A stretch of DNA of 58,297 nucleotides, counting the filler, from Sphacelaria rigidula (lineage: Eukaryota): assembly GCA_964200075.2 (NCBI GenBank). It is 7 parts of 7 records of this genome, joined end to end, with 100 filler letters (N's around TTAATTAATTAA, not from the genome) between each part and the next. Parts side by side here need not be neighbours in the genome. Positions count along the whole stretch, not along the records: positions 41,716 to 49,956 come from CAXNAA020011804.1; positions 50,057 to 58,297 come from CAXNAA020011805.1; 5 more parts are not named here. One strand, 5' to 3'. Positions within the stretch are counted from its first letter, which is position 1. Every line of letters starts with the position of its first letter. The position numbers were made by a program, and so were the translations under genes. This document shows positions 48,464 through 58,297 of this stretch, piece by piece. The notes beneath the pieces were generated by a model that saw only the letters and a list, made by a program, of their open reading frames with translations, was not told where the DNA came from and did not search any database.

Positions 48464-50256
48464 GGCGGCAAACACTAAAGGTAGATAATATCGGGGACAG
48501 TCACCACAGGAACCTCGAGGGACCAGGAGAAAAGTGGGAAAGAGATAGGAAAGAAACAGAGTAAAGCGAGGAGGAAACAAAAGGAAAGGAAGGAAGGAGG
48601 ACCAAAAGAACGCAGAAATCTACCTGCCTGACTAAGAACCAGCACCGATTGTGGACACACAGCCTAACATACTCCGCCGGCGGCTTCGGGTAAGGCCTTG
48701 TGTTGTCTTGACACGAGATAAAAATACAAATCTCCAGCAAACATCCCTGAGGTTGGCAAGCGCGATGGCATGCCACCCCCCCCCCCCACCGCATTTTTAT
48801 TATTCGAGGGGGAAATGCAGTCATGCTGCGATGGGGGGGGGGAGCGGGGGGATTTTTCGCCGTTTTCTTCCACGAAATTCGACTTGCAATCGTCGTTGAT
48901 AGCAGCAACGGTTGTTCGAACGCGCTTACTTCCGATGAAGAACGTTCATTCATACTGCTTGACACCGCTTTTACCCAAATACAAGCGCACTGCGAATGTG
49001 TTAAGTCGTCTGAAGCACCTAGGAGCCCATATGTTTGCGGAATCGGAAGGCCACCACCCCCCCCCCCCCGCACCCCTACCCGCGCGACGTACCCTCACAT
49101 CNNNNNNNNNNCCGCAGCTTGGTTGTGATCTTAGGTCCCATCAGTGCTCCCTATGTTTTGGGCTATTACCCCCCCCCCCCCCCCCCCTATCGTAGCATGA
49201 CTCAATGCAGGACGTGAACGAAGGTGGCATGAAATCGTTTGGTACATTAGAAAGTAGCGAGAAAATGATGGCTATACTAGGATTTGGATGGTGGCCACGG
49301 ACGGCGAAACAGGAAGGGGATAAGATATGTGGAAGATTTTGTGTGATAGTGTATGGAAGAAACGCAATAACCAGCGCCCAAAAGTTGGAGGTGTCTCTAT
49401 TAGGAGTAGGAACTGTGCTCCGTCCCGAAAGGAATGCGTGTTCAATGGTCAAGTGACGCAGAGTCGCCGTGAAAAATTTATGGAAAACGTGTTGATCCCC
49501 GAGGTCTCGAATAGACACACCGCGACTCGTACGTGGAAACAATGTTCAGAAAAAAAGGGTGTATCTGAGTTATCTGTCTCCATGCGCTTATGCCATGTGC
49601 TCTTGAAGCAAATATGTGGAAGACACTTCTTTGCAGTGACATATCAGACTGATGCCACACATGTACGAAGAACCAGCGCAAGCAGGGACAAGGTAGGAAC
49701 GGTCCGGAAAGACCAGATTACCGAGGACCCTGTATTGCCAACGAAACTAGACAACTCGGGGTGATGCCAGGAAGAGCCTAATATTAGGGCAGTCCAACCT
49801 CCCCCGAGGAACTGGTCGCCCTTGGCGACCACTTCTTATCCGACCCCCTGTGAATCATCGCCAGCCTCGGAGTTCCTTCGGCATCAGGACGGCAGTCTCC
49901 CCCGTATGTCTCTGTCTACTCTGACGATACGCCTTCCTCACATATGCAGTACGTACNNNNNNNNNNNNNNNNNNNNNNNNNNNNNNNNNNNNNNNNNNNN
50001 TTAATTAATTAANNNNNNNNNNNNNNNNNNNNNNNNNNNNNNNNNNNNNNNNNNNNCCTACCCGACGCTCTTCCGTTCGGTGGCGTGTTTTATTGCGTCA
50101 TCGCCAACCGACGCCAACCTTATCGGGGATCCGGGGGGGGGGGTACTCATTTGCTGGTTACATTACTCGTTTGGCTATTGACCACGCATCCCTTTAGGGA
50201 CGGAGCACCGGGGAAATCGGGAGGGGGAGCGGGGGCGTGGATGTGAAACGCCGAAA

Positions 50257-50528
50257 GTGCAGAGAGGAACAGTATGGATAGGGTTTAACGAGGGGGGGCA
50301 TTGGGGTCAGACATATAGTCAACTTCAGGCCGAAGCAAAAACAAAAATCGTCAGGGATAGCAATAGGGATACGGCTTCATCCGAAGTACTGGTGCAGAGA
50401 GGAGCAGCATAGCTAGGGTTATAACGAGGGGTGGCGCTGGGGTCAGACATATAGTCAACTTCAGGCCAAAGAAAAAACAAAAATCGTCAGGGATAGCAAT
50501 AGGGATACGGCTTCATCTGAAGTACTGG
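50257..50528. repeat. Tandem duplication, 2 x ~135 bp
   Basis: GTGCAGAGAGGA...GAAGTACTG at 50257-50391 and 50392-50528, nearly identical. Confidence 0.92.
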
Positions 50529-50643
50529 CGCTGCTGGTCTACAGCAACGGAATACTGTTCTCCCGATAGCCTAGGCTGCGGCATACCATACCCACTGCAT
50601 AACCCCCATCCCATCGGCATCGATCGGTAGACGAAAACCTTAC

Positions 50644-50871
50644 GTCGGTTTTCGCCTTGCGCTCCGAGATGGTGAGAGAAGCAAGCCCGAGTTTCCGTCG
50701 CGCCGCCTTGAGCTCTCTTGCGGTTTCGGGAGTCATGAGCTCGGCAGCCGTCCGCACCGCTTGTCGTGCCACGGAATGTAGGGTGGCAAGAATGACTGAT
50801 TGGGATATTTCTGGCGAGGAATGTTCTCGGTCAGCTGGTGACTCTCCACTGTTGAGAGTTGATTCCTCCTC
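50644..50871 (-). CDS. Divergent dynein heavy chain, exon after AAA1
   Basis: CATCAG| acceptor and GAC|GTAAG donor, 76 codons, phase 0 matching the upstream exon. Confidence 0.6.
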
Positions 50872-51392
50872 CTGATGTGTTGAAGGACAGGCACAGGTCA
50901 GGTTCATGCTCCGATTATAAGCTGTGTGGACCGGGGGGTCGCAGGATGAGTACATCCTCTGCTGTACACCCAAAAATCCGCCCACGAACGTTAGCGGTAC
51001 CATGTCGGCACATACACTCAGTGTTGTGAATAAATTCGGATTTGTCAAGCCCAAAATGGTATCGATCGTCTGCTGAGTAGTCACTCCCCCCTCGAGGGTC
51101 GGCCATCGTTTTGTCATCAATACATACGAACGATCAAAGGGGAAACGTTGTATACGCAAGTCATGCTGTAGTACAAATAGTGCACAGGGCGAGAGACGGC
51201 GGGACCGCTACGGACAGTGCACTGACGGTACCCCATAAGAAGATTGACAATATCCCACAAAGGGAGTGTAGCCGCAGTACAGAGGTATGGACTTTCCGCA
51301 ACAGCCGAGCAACAATGAGGCCCTACAAACCGGGACATATGACGTGGTATCTGTATGCAACGCATCCTCCGACGACTCGCCTGATCTACTAC

Positions 51393-51746
51393 CTTCGAAG
51401 TGCTCAGCTCCATTATCTCACGCAGCCCCTGGATGAGGCCTTGAACAAGCGCCCTAGCGCATGAAAACCCCCGGGTCAAGAGCATAGCCTCGAGCAATAT
51501 CGGTACGTTCGGCGGGGACGTGAGAACGGGTCGGAACGCCGTACGGATAGAGAGTGGGAGCTCCACGTCTGGGGGTCCGTGTGGGGGGTGGCATAGAGTT
51601 GCGAACACTCCGAGCAGCGGACCTCCACCCCCACCATCACCGCTACTCCCTGAAGTTTCAGGCGCCCCCGTCGAGGGAAGGAGCCTCCATTGGTGTAGTA
51701 GAAGGTCGAAGTTAGGGTGAAGATGTGGTTTGGCAGATAAGGGAAC
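51393..51746 (-). CDS. Divergent dynein heavy chain, AAA1 C-terminal exon
   Basis: VFATL...ELPLSIRTAFRPV...LLEAMLLTRGFSCARAL resembles FITMNP..ELPDNLKALFRPV..IAEIMLFSEGF..AK.L. Splice sites are CAG|...|GT. Confidence 0.85.
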
Positions 51747-52494
51747 CTGTGGGAGTGTTGACAGATGTAGAAATGTTCACAATTCAGTGAAAAGCTGACG
51801 AAGATTCAGAAAAGAAGACTTTTCGAGGGGGTTCTGTCTGGTTTCAAAAAGTACACAGCCCACCTAGTATCCACCTTTTGGATTACTTGCATTTAAGCTA
51901 TCAGTGCTGATCAAGAGTAGGTGAGAAGCGTTGGAGATAAGCGGGAGACGGAATGGGGGGCTAAAATACACCGAGAAGTGATGAGTGGGTTACACGTCGG
52001 TGGACTGCCGCCGGATATGTCTCTACCTACAGGCATGACGTGGACGCCCGAGTGAGCAAGCAAGTCGTCGCTTCTTCACCTGGCCCAGTCTAAGTACTCT
52101 AAATTCATCAGCTGCCTCGGGGAAATGGCATAAGGGAGATAATCGATCGAACAAGCGCCAGATGAAATGAAGGAGAAAACGAAAACCACCAGAAGCGAGG
52201 CCATAAGTATCACGTCGACCATGGCTTGCAAGATTGGTAATGGAGTTCCGCCAACAGAAATAGCTTGTTCACGCGAACGAACAACTACCTCGTTGTTATC
52301 TCCACAGAGTCCTAGAACAGATATCGTTCTAATACTCACATATACTCGTGAAGGAGTGAATCCCTGGGGGGAACTGGATCATCGAGGGTGCTATGACATA
52401 CAATGTTTCGATGGAGGTGGCAAAAGCAGGAGGTTCCATACACCGTATCCCCCCCCCCCCCCTCCCCGCACGCGTATTTTGTCTCTGTACTTGC

Positions 52495-52662
52495 CTCAGC
52501 GCCGTTGACGAGAACGCGATCCTGTCCTGCGTGCAAACAGAGAAGTACCGCTCTCAAGCTTTCAGCAAGCACCGCCAGAGACACCTTCGGCAATTCGTCT
52601 ACCGCCGCGAACACAGTAATCCCTCCAGCCATGAGTGTCGAAGCAAGAGTATTGCTAAGGGC
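52495..52662 (-). CDS. Divergent dynein heavy chain, AAA1 Walker-B region exon (GC donor)
   Basis: LMAGGITVFAAVDELPKVSLAVLAE...VLVNGAE resembles GAWGCFDEFNRIxxEVLSVVAQ...F.G.E. Boundaries are CAG| and GAG|GCAAGT. Confidence 0.75.
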
Positions 52663-53633
52663 CTGGAGGATACGTGGCGTGTCGTAACATGTAACCATAG
52701 TCCAGGCAAGTGTATACAGATGGGGGCGGGGGGAGGATATATCGAATGCTATCCATTGGTTCAGAGACATGTTTCATGAGAGTTCACTCCTCAAGTGAAA
52801 TGTACGCTCTGTGAAAAAGGTAGGGGGCGTACTCATGTGTTGCTTGTCTTAGTCGTTTGACCATTGACCACGCATCCCCAGGTGGGGGGGGGGGGGACTC
52901 ATTTGTTGTTTGCCCTAATCGTGTGACCATTGACCACGCATCCCGCTCGAGACGGAGCAATCTGTGAAGTAGGGGGGGGATTTTTTGGTTGGACCTGTAC
53001 CTGAAACCCCATCCCCACCATGACGTACGGAGTCATGCTACGATAGGAACACTTCAAATTGTCGCTGAAAAACAGCAACGGTTGTTCAAACCCGCTTGTT
53101 ACCGACAAATAACGCTCATTCATACTCCTTGACACCGTTTTTACCCAAATACAAGCGCACCGCGAGTGTGCTAGGTCGTCTGACGCACCTATGAGCCCAT
53201 TTTTCTCGTGGAATCAAATACCCCTCCCAATTGTAGCATGAATCTACGCGAGACGTGATCTGGTGAAATCGATTGCTGCCGTGTTTTCACACGCCTGGCA
53301 GCAAATGCTCAGTGAGCTCCCAGTACTCCGAACCGAGAATGTCACATCCCCTCAAACGACACTTTCTACGATAGCCCCCCGCAAAGGTGGCAAAATCTTC
53401 AAGTAAGTCAAGATAGGAAAAGCCGAGCACAACGAGCAGCTGGGAATTCCCACGCTTGGGTTCGTTTTTGCCGAATGTCCCCCATATGAGGTGCTTTATT
53501 CAGCCTGGGCCCAAACATCAGGCGCTGTATGTCCATGTTTTTCGTGACACGTTTGAGCTGGTTTTGGGGGGTGCTATCGTAAAGAATGTCAAGCCTGGGT
53601 ACAGTGACAACGTCCAGGCACGTGTAACTGAAC

Positions 53634-53777
53634 CTGTGGCGAAGTCACCGAGCTCCCCGGCAGCAATCGAAACGCCCTCCCGTACGCCATTGATAGATCT
53701 TGAGCCACTGTCGCCAAGCCACACGTATCCTCGTATGCAGATGACCGACAGCCGGCCGAGGATAGGGACAGTAGCCC
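53634..53777 (-). CDS. Divergent dynein heavy chain, AAA1 P-loop region exon
   Basis: ATVAQDLSMAYGRAFRLLPGS resembles TETTKDLAKALGxxxxVFNCS. Donor is CAG|GT, phase 0. The acceptor (AAG) is less certain. Confidence 0.65.
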
Positions 53778-53944
53778 CTTGGTAGCAACCGAGCTGTGGT
53801 TAGTGTGTCCCTTCCACGGAGGAAGCAGCAGACCGCCGAAGGTCCCCTTTGTTTGAATCAACACACAGACAGAAAAATACGTGGAAAGTCTCTGCGTGAA
53901 ATCCTTCACTCATATAAACACAAATGGATTAATCGAACATACGT

Positions 53945-54251
53945 TATTATTATTATATTTTATTTTGTCGCACTTTGAACCCTTCCCCTTCTACGAGACG
54001 AGTCCGCGGTCTCGAAGAATCAACCAATATCTCCCCGGTCCAGACGCCTTGCATTCTGGTCTCGCGGATTGGCTCCCGCACCGCGTCAGCTCACGTCAAA
54101 CAAGCTCGGCCGACTACTTCGTTCACTCAGGTTCTCACGCTTTCCACAGTGGAAATAAGATATTACGAAGAAAAACCCAACGCATCGGGAGTCGAACCCT
54201 CGTTCTCTCCACCCTCATGGCGACAGTCAGACCATTACACCACCGGGGCGC
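53945..54251 (-). mobile_element. tRNA-derived SINE family 1, in a dynein intron
   Basis: A-box TGGTGTAATGG, B-box GGTTCGACTCC, and 3' end TTCAAAGTGCGACAAAATAAAATATAATAATAA. Confidence 0.9.
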
Positions 54252-54465
54252 GGCAATCTGGCAGTACGTAGGAAAACAATATTTGGAGGCGCACTTGGCA
54301 TTATTATCCAACCATTCCCTGGATGAACGGATTTTACCTCAAGACATTATTCGGCTGCCCCGTAGCGTGCATTGATTGTGAAAGCTATCACACACCACGA
54401 TGTTGCTTGCAACAACAAGAGTACCGACTGCCGTGAGTTGTGTAATCATATTAGTCAATACTTAC

Positions 54466-54921
54466 GGAGGCGGAGCGAGCGGCGTGCAGCAAGCATCTCT
54501 CAGACAAGGGCGTTAGCCAGAGCCTTTCCAGTGTGCCGGAGTACTCAAATCCGTAGGCAACGTTCCACATGCCCAGGCCGACCGTGACGACCGGCGGTGG
54601 GGGTACCACGTCCTTCGCATCTGCGTCGCTTCGTCTGTACCCTCCTCCGCCATCACCGCCCGCCCCATCGTAGTCATTCATGACGCTGTCTCGACGTTCT
54701 ACAGACGTCTCAGCTGATGGGGAGTCCTTGGCGAGTGGACTGTAGTAATGGCGCATGTGGCATGTCCACGTGAAAGGCATCCCCTTTGACGAAGCAAGAC
54801 CCTCTTGTGACGCTTTCGTGTCAACCGCCTTTGTCACCGCGTCGGTGAAGGTGGACGGTGGAGTAGTCACTAATGATGACTTCGTGTGAACCCCCTGTAA
54901 TATCTCTGGTTTCCCCGTCAC
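54466..54921 (-). CDS. Divergent dynein heavy chain, linker end and AAA1 start exon
   Basis: FTWTCHMRHYY resembles FxWxxQLRYYW. YGFEYSGTLERLWLTPLSERC resembles YGYEYLGxxxRLVITPLTDRC. Boundaries are GCAG| and |GTAAGT. Confidence 0.9.
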
Positions 54922-55118
54922 CTGCACGATTAGTAATAGCGTTCTGAGACATGACATAATCTTGGGGGAAAAGAGAGGAGAAGCTCCCGAATGCTGTTCA
55001 GTGAGTTAGGAAAGTTTTGCAACGAATTAGGAAAAAAAGTTGCAGAATACCACAAAATGTCCTGCAATGTCGTTCGTGCAGATCACGCACAGCCATGCAT
55101 TCGTTCTGCCTGGCCTAC

Positions 55119-55991
55119 CTCGGCGGGGATCTCGGACGAGGAGGAAGGAGTCGGCGAGCAAGCTTCGAGAAGCTCCCTCACGGTATCCCGCTGCTGTAAT
55201 GCTTGAGTGATGAGCGCGGCGTTTGAAGTCGCGGTGATTGGTCGCATTACGCCAGGGAGCCGGAGCTCCCCAGCCCACCCGTCTACATGGGCAAGTAAAG
55301 ATGCGTAGATGATTTGGAGAGCGACGTCAGTACCACCCTTGTTGCTACTACCGACGGTGGTGACTTTTCTATTTTTCACTGGAGGCTTTTGTCTCAAGGC
55401 AGCTTCCACCAAGCCTGTCCAGTGCACGCTACGAGCGAGTAAGTGCGCCTGTATGCAAGGTCCGCCGCCGGGGAGGCCTTCCGACGTCGCCGATGCTGCT
55501 CCATCCTCCCTTCCACCCCCGTCACCGTGGGTACCTTGTTTGGGATTGCCATCATCCCTCGACGGCGTTGAATTGCTGCGACTGGGAGAGGTGGAAATTT
55601 TTGTGCTCTCGGATTTATCCGACCCTCCGACGCCCCCCCCGCCACCGCCGCCCCTTGCTACGGCTCCACCACCCATGACCTTGCCACCAGTACCGCCACC
55701 GATTGGGCTATAATATTTGTCCGGTTTCGCGTCGGACGTGCCGACTTGTAGCAGTGGCGGGCGACCAGGACCTACCTGTCCGTGGGCGACCAGAGCTTCC
55801 ACGACGAAGTTGACGTCACGGACAAGGGATGATATTAGCTGTCGGTCCAGGTCTCGGACCCACGATTCAAGACGCCCCTCCGTCGGGATTGGAGAATCAA
55901 ATACGATAGTCTCGAGGCCGGCTCCCGACGATCGAACCCCCGCAGCGGCCATCCGGACTCTTCCGATGCTGCTGCCTTTTGTCCGCACGAT
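55119..55991 (-). CDS. Divergent dynein heavy chain, linker (DHC_N2 C-terminal) exon with Gly/Ser-rich insertions
   Basis: ETIVFDSPIPTEGRLESWVRDLD, QAHLLARSVHWTGLVEAAL and ALITQALQQRDTVRELL match the dynein linker motifs. Donor is GAG|GTAGG. Confidence 0.88.
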
Positions 55992-56391
55992 CTTTTCAGC
56001 GGCGGGAGAGTTACGGTAGCACAGTAGAAACACCATGGCGAAGCACCGAAGCGACAAGGATGCTTGAAATAATGTAGATGCTGATGAAAACACTGCTTAT
56101 GCGCTGTCGTATAATGAAAGCAGGTCGTAGAGAACACGGTGAAGACTGACGATTCTAACATCTACCAGGCTTGAGCCGTTTGTTGTACTGTTCAGAGTGT
56201 CCCCGCCGTCCCTTCGCAGAGGTTGCGCATTGAAGCTATCCTTACGTCATTCGAGAACATAGTAAGACTATTCCACCTAGAGACTGCGACGGCATGGATA
56301 AACTTGAAGCAGTTCTACAACCGGGTACTGCCAGAGCGCAAAGCACCGGTAGAACGATCAAAACGGCACGAATATCTCGGACAGAGCTTGC

Positions 56392-56569
56392 CTTCTCCCA
56401 GACGATCTCACCAACCCCACAGAACATGCGTGCGACGCGCTCGTTTGTTTCCCCTGCCGCTGATCCTGAACATACTCGGCCCGAGGCCCAGTCTCGCAAA
56501 AGTCGAAACAACTGATGGCTGGGCAGCGCCAGCAAACGAGGGCACACAGAAGTGCAGGAATGTAGCCAC
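56392..56569 (-). CDS. Divergent dynein heavy chain, DHC_N2 exon (GC donor)
   Basis: WLHSCTSVCPRLLALPSHQLFRLL...RMFCGVGEIVWE resembles YLExKRxxFPRFYFLSxxELLEIL...KCFxGIxxLxF. Boundaries are TTCAG| and AAG|GCAAG. Confidence 0.75.
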
Positions 56570-57149
56570 CTGAAGGACACGAGAGGGATTGAAACCGTTT
56601 GGAGCACCGAAGGATTTTGTCAAGGATCTGTTTCACTCACTTGGGAGGATCGTCTGCTCATTACTGCCATGCATTCGTTCATAAGGGCCCAAGGAGGCTG
56701 GCACCCCTCCCAAACAATGGGGAAACAACCTGCAGGAGAACCTACGTGCACGAGGGGCCATACCACGTGAAGGAGCACAATTGAAATGGTTAATCTACGG
56801 TGTGGAGGTTGACGCCGCCTACGACTGGGTGATTGCGGGAAAGGAGACGGGCACATCGAATCTTGGAACCGAGAACGGGGCGGAAGAGTCAGAGGACAGC
56901 TGGTAAGTAATGCGACGGTGGGGGCGCACTTTTTGCGCTAAATCGTGTCTGGTTCAGGGGCTCCTAAAGATTCAATATGCACAAGAACATGGGCCAGGGC
57001 ATCCCCGTTCGGATTTTTCCTTAGGGGTATCCCCAGCACATTGGAATAGTAATCCTGGCGTACTCATAAATATCTCATAAATCAATTTTGGATGAGATAA
57101 AGGGGTCCTAGAAAGTATAACCTCAGCAGATATTTGTGCACCCCTACCG

Positions 57150-58017
57150 TAGCATCACTCTGGCGACGCGAGGAAGAACGCGAATCGGACCTCCGCCACA
57201 AACGAGAGGCTGCTGCGTCGAGAGGCGCCAATCGGAGAGCTACTACCACTACCGCAACAGCAGCAACAGATCGCGAGGAATCCAGAATAGAAATGACCGA
57301 GAGCATGTCCTACTTCGTACCCGACTAGGGATGAATGGGGGAAGATAGACCAACACGGTAGCTGGTGTACCTTTGTCTTTCCTATCGGCTGTTGATATCA
57401 TCCCTTGTCAGTGATCTTGCGGTGTTCTTTGGTTTGTGTGTCTGTGCATGCTCTACTCAAGGTGTTCTTGTGCTTCATTACTCCTGTAGCGCCTTTCTCT
57501 GTTCTCTCTGCTCTTTTCCCATATCTCTCTCTCTACGTGCGTGTTCTTTTCCCTCGACGTATGCAAGTCGCAGTTTGGTGACTCGCTTCAGTAGGGTTCA
57601 AAGGCGAGAGCTCATACTCACATTAGTGGGCCCGGAGTGGATGATCCGCAATCTGTTCCCCACGGCTTTTGTTTTTCCTCAACTAGGCATGAATGCATGC
57701 GCTGTTGCGCAAGAGGTTTTCCACCTAAAGCCATGTTGCAAAGGTATGCCATTTCTAGCTCTAATGCCGTTGTTGTTTGTTTTTGTTCAATTGTCTAATT
57801 GATTGATTTTTATATATATGTAGGTGCATTTATTTGAGTTTTTTTGTTTTTTAGTCTATTTGTGTCTGTTTTACCGTCCTGTTCAGTTCAATTTCCTTCA
57901 GGGAGTGGTACCGTTTCGATTCATCTCGATAGCGTCAGTCATGTGACCACGGGTGGATCCCTGAGGGATCAGCTAATAATGTGGGGCAACCAATCAAATA
58001 ATCAAAACCAATCAACC
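57150..58017 (+). mobile_element. 5'-truncated LINE fragment (ORF C-terminus, 3' UTR, AATC-rich tail)
   Basis: WRREEERESDLR resembles WHRNEEEASRLR at the end of the contig-2 LINE ORF. It ends TGTGACCACGG...TAATGTG followed by (AATC)-like repeats, as at 9746-9836. Confidence 0.6.
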
Positions 58018-58297
58018 GATCGGGCAGTCAATCAATTCGTTGTCGGGTCGAATATCTTCAGCGGAACTTTCGATGTCATCAGCGCTTCCTGTGCTAAACG
58101 TCATACTCGTAGGACAAGAGCTTTGATTGAACACACTCACGCCGATGTGTCAACATTCAACTTATGCAAAATCTCTGCGATGAATCAATCTCGACAAGCC
58201 GAAACACAGGCACGATGCAATTCGCCGACACATCGCTGAAAATCACGCTATTCCCTGCCCCCCCCCCCCCCCCCCCCCCCCCCCACCCCCCCCCCCC

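Noticed and set aside
54170..54251. Possible tRNA genes at the SINE heads (also 6499, 19024, 24726, 27322, 48463)
   Set aside because: A/B boxes are present, but I cannot form a cloverleaf, and each head continues into a shared repeat body and tail.
58257..58297. Terminal poly-C (and poly-G at 41716)
   Set aside because: These are homopolymers at contig ends. Their length is unreliable and they are likely assembly break points.

Overview
This is not one locus. It is seven unrelated eukaryotic contigs of about 8.24 kb (1-8243, 8344-16586, 16687-24929, 25030-33272, 33373-41615, 41716-49956, 50057-58297) joined by artificial 100-nt N44-TTAATTAATTAA-N44 linkers. The sequence is about 50% GC, intron-rich and repeat-dense. 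It looks like a stramenopile, most likely a brown alga (inference). Most listed ORFs are spurious. Supported genes are seven phase-compatible exons of a highly divergent dynein heavy chain whose AAA1 Walker motifs appear degenerate, the 5' exons of a probably plastid-targeted MutS2, and a head-to-head EFG1 / PEX11-like pair. The rest is mostly mobile DNA: a decayed Ty1/copia element with nested insertions, RTE-type LINE remnants, two tRNA-derived SINE modules, hAT-like elements with 8-bp target-site duplications (TSDs), and several foldback elements. The most notable structures are (i) an apparent dimeric SINE whose right arm also exists as a free monomer and shares a 3' AAGTGCGACA end with unrelated repeats, (ii) a 1.7-kb compound transposon made of two satellite-bearing MITE copies around a cargo segment, (iii) a tandem array of three long (CAG)n/(CTG)n hairpins, (iv) repeat modules bounded by G-tracts, and (v) the probable pseudo-ATPase dynein. 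All family assignments come from reading motifs by eye; no searches were run.
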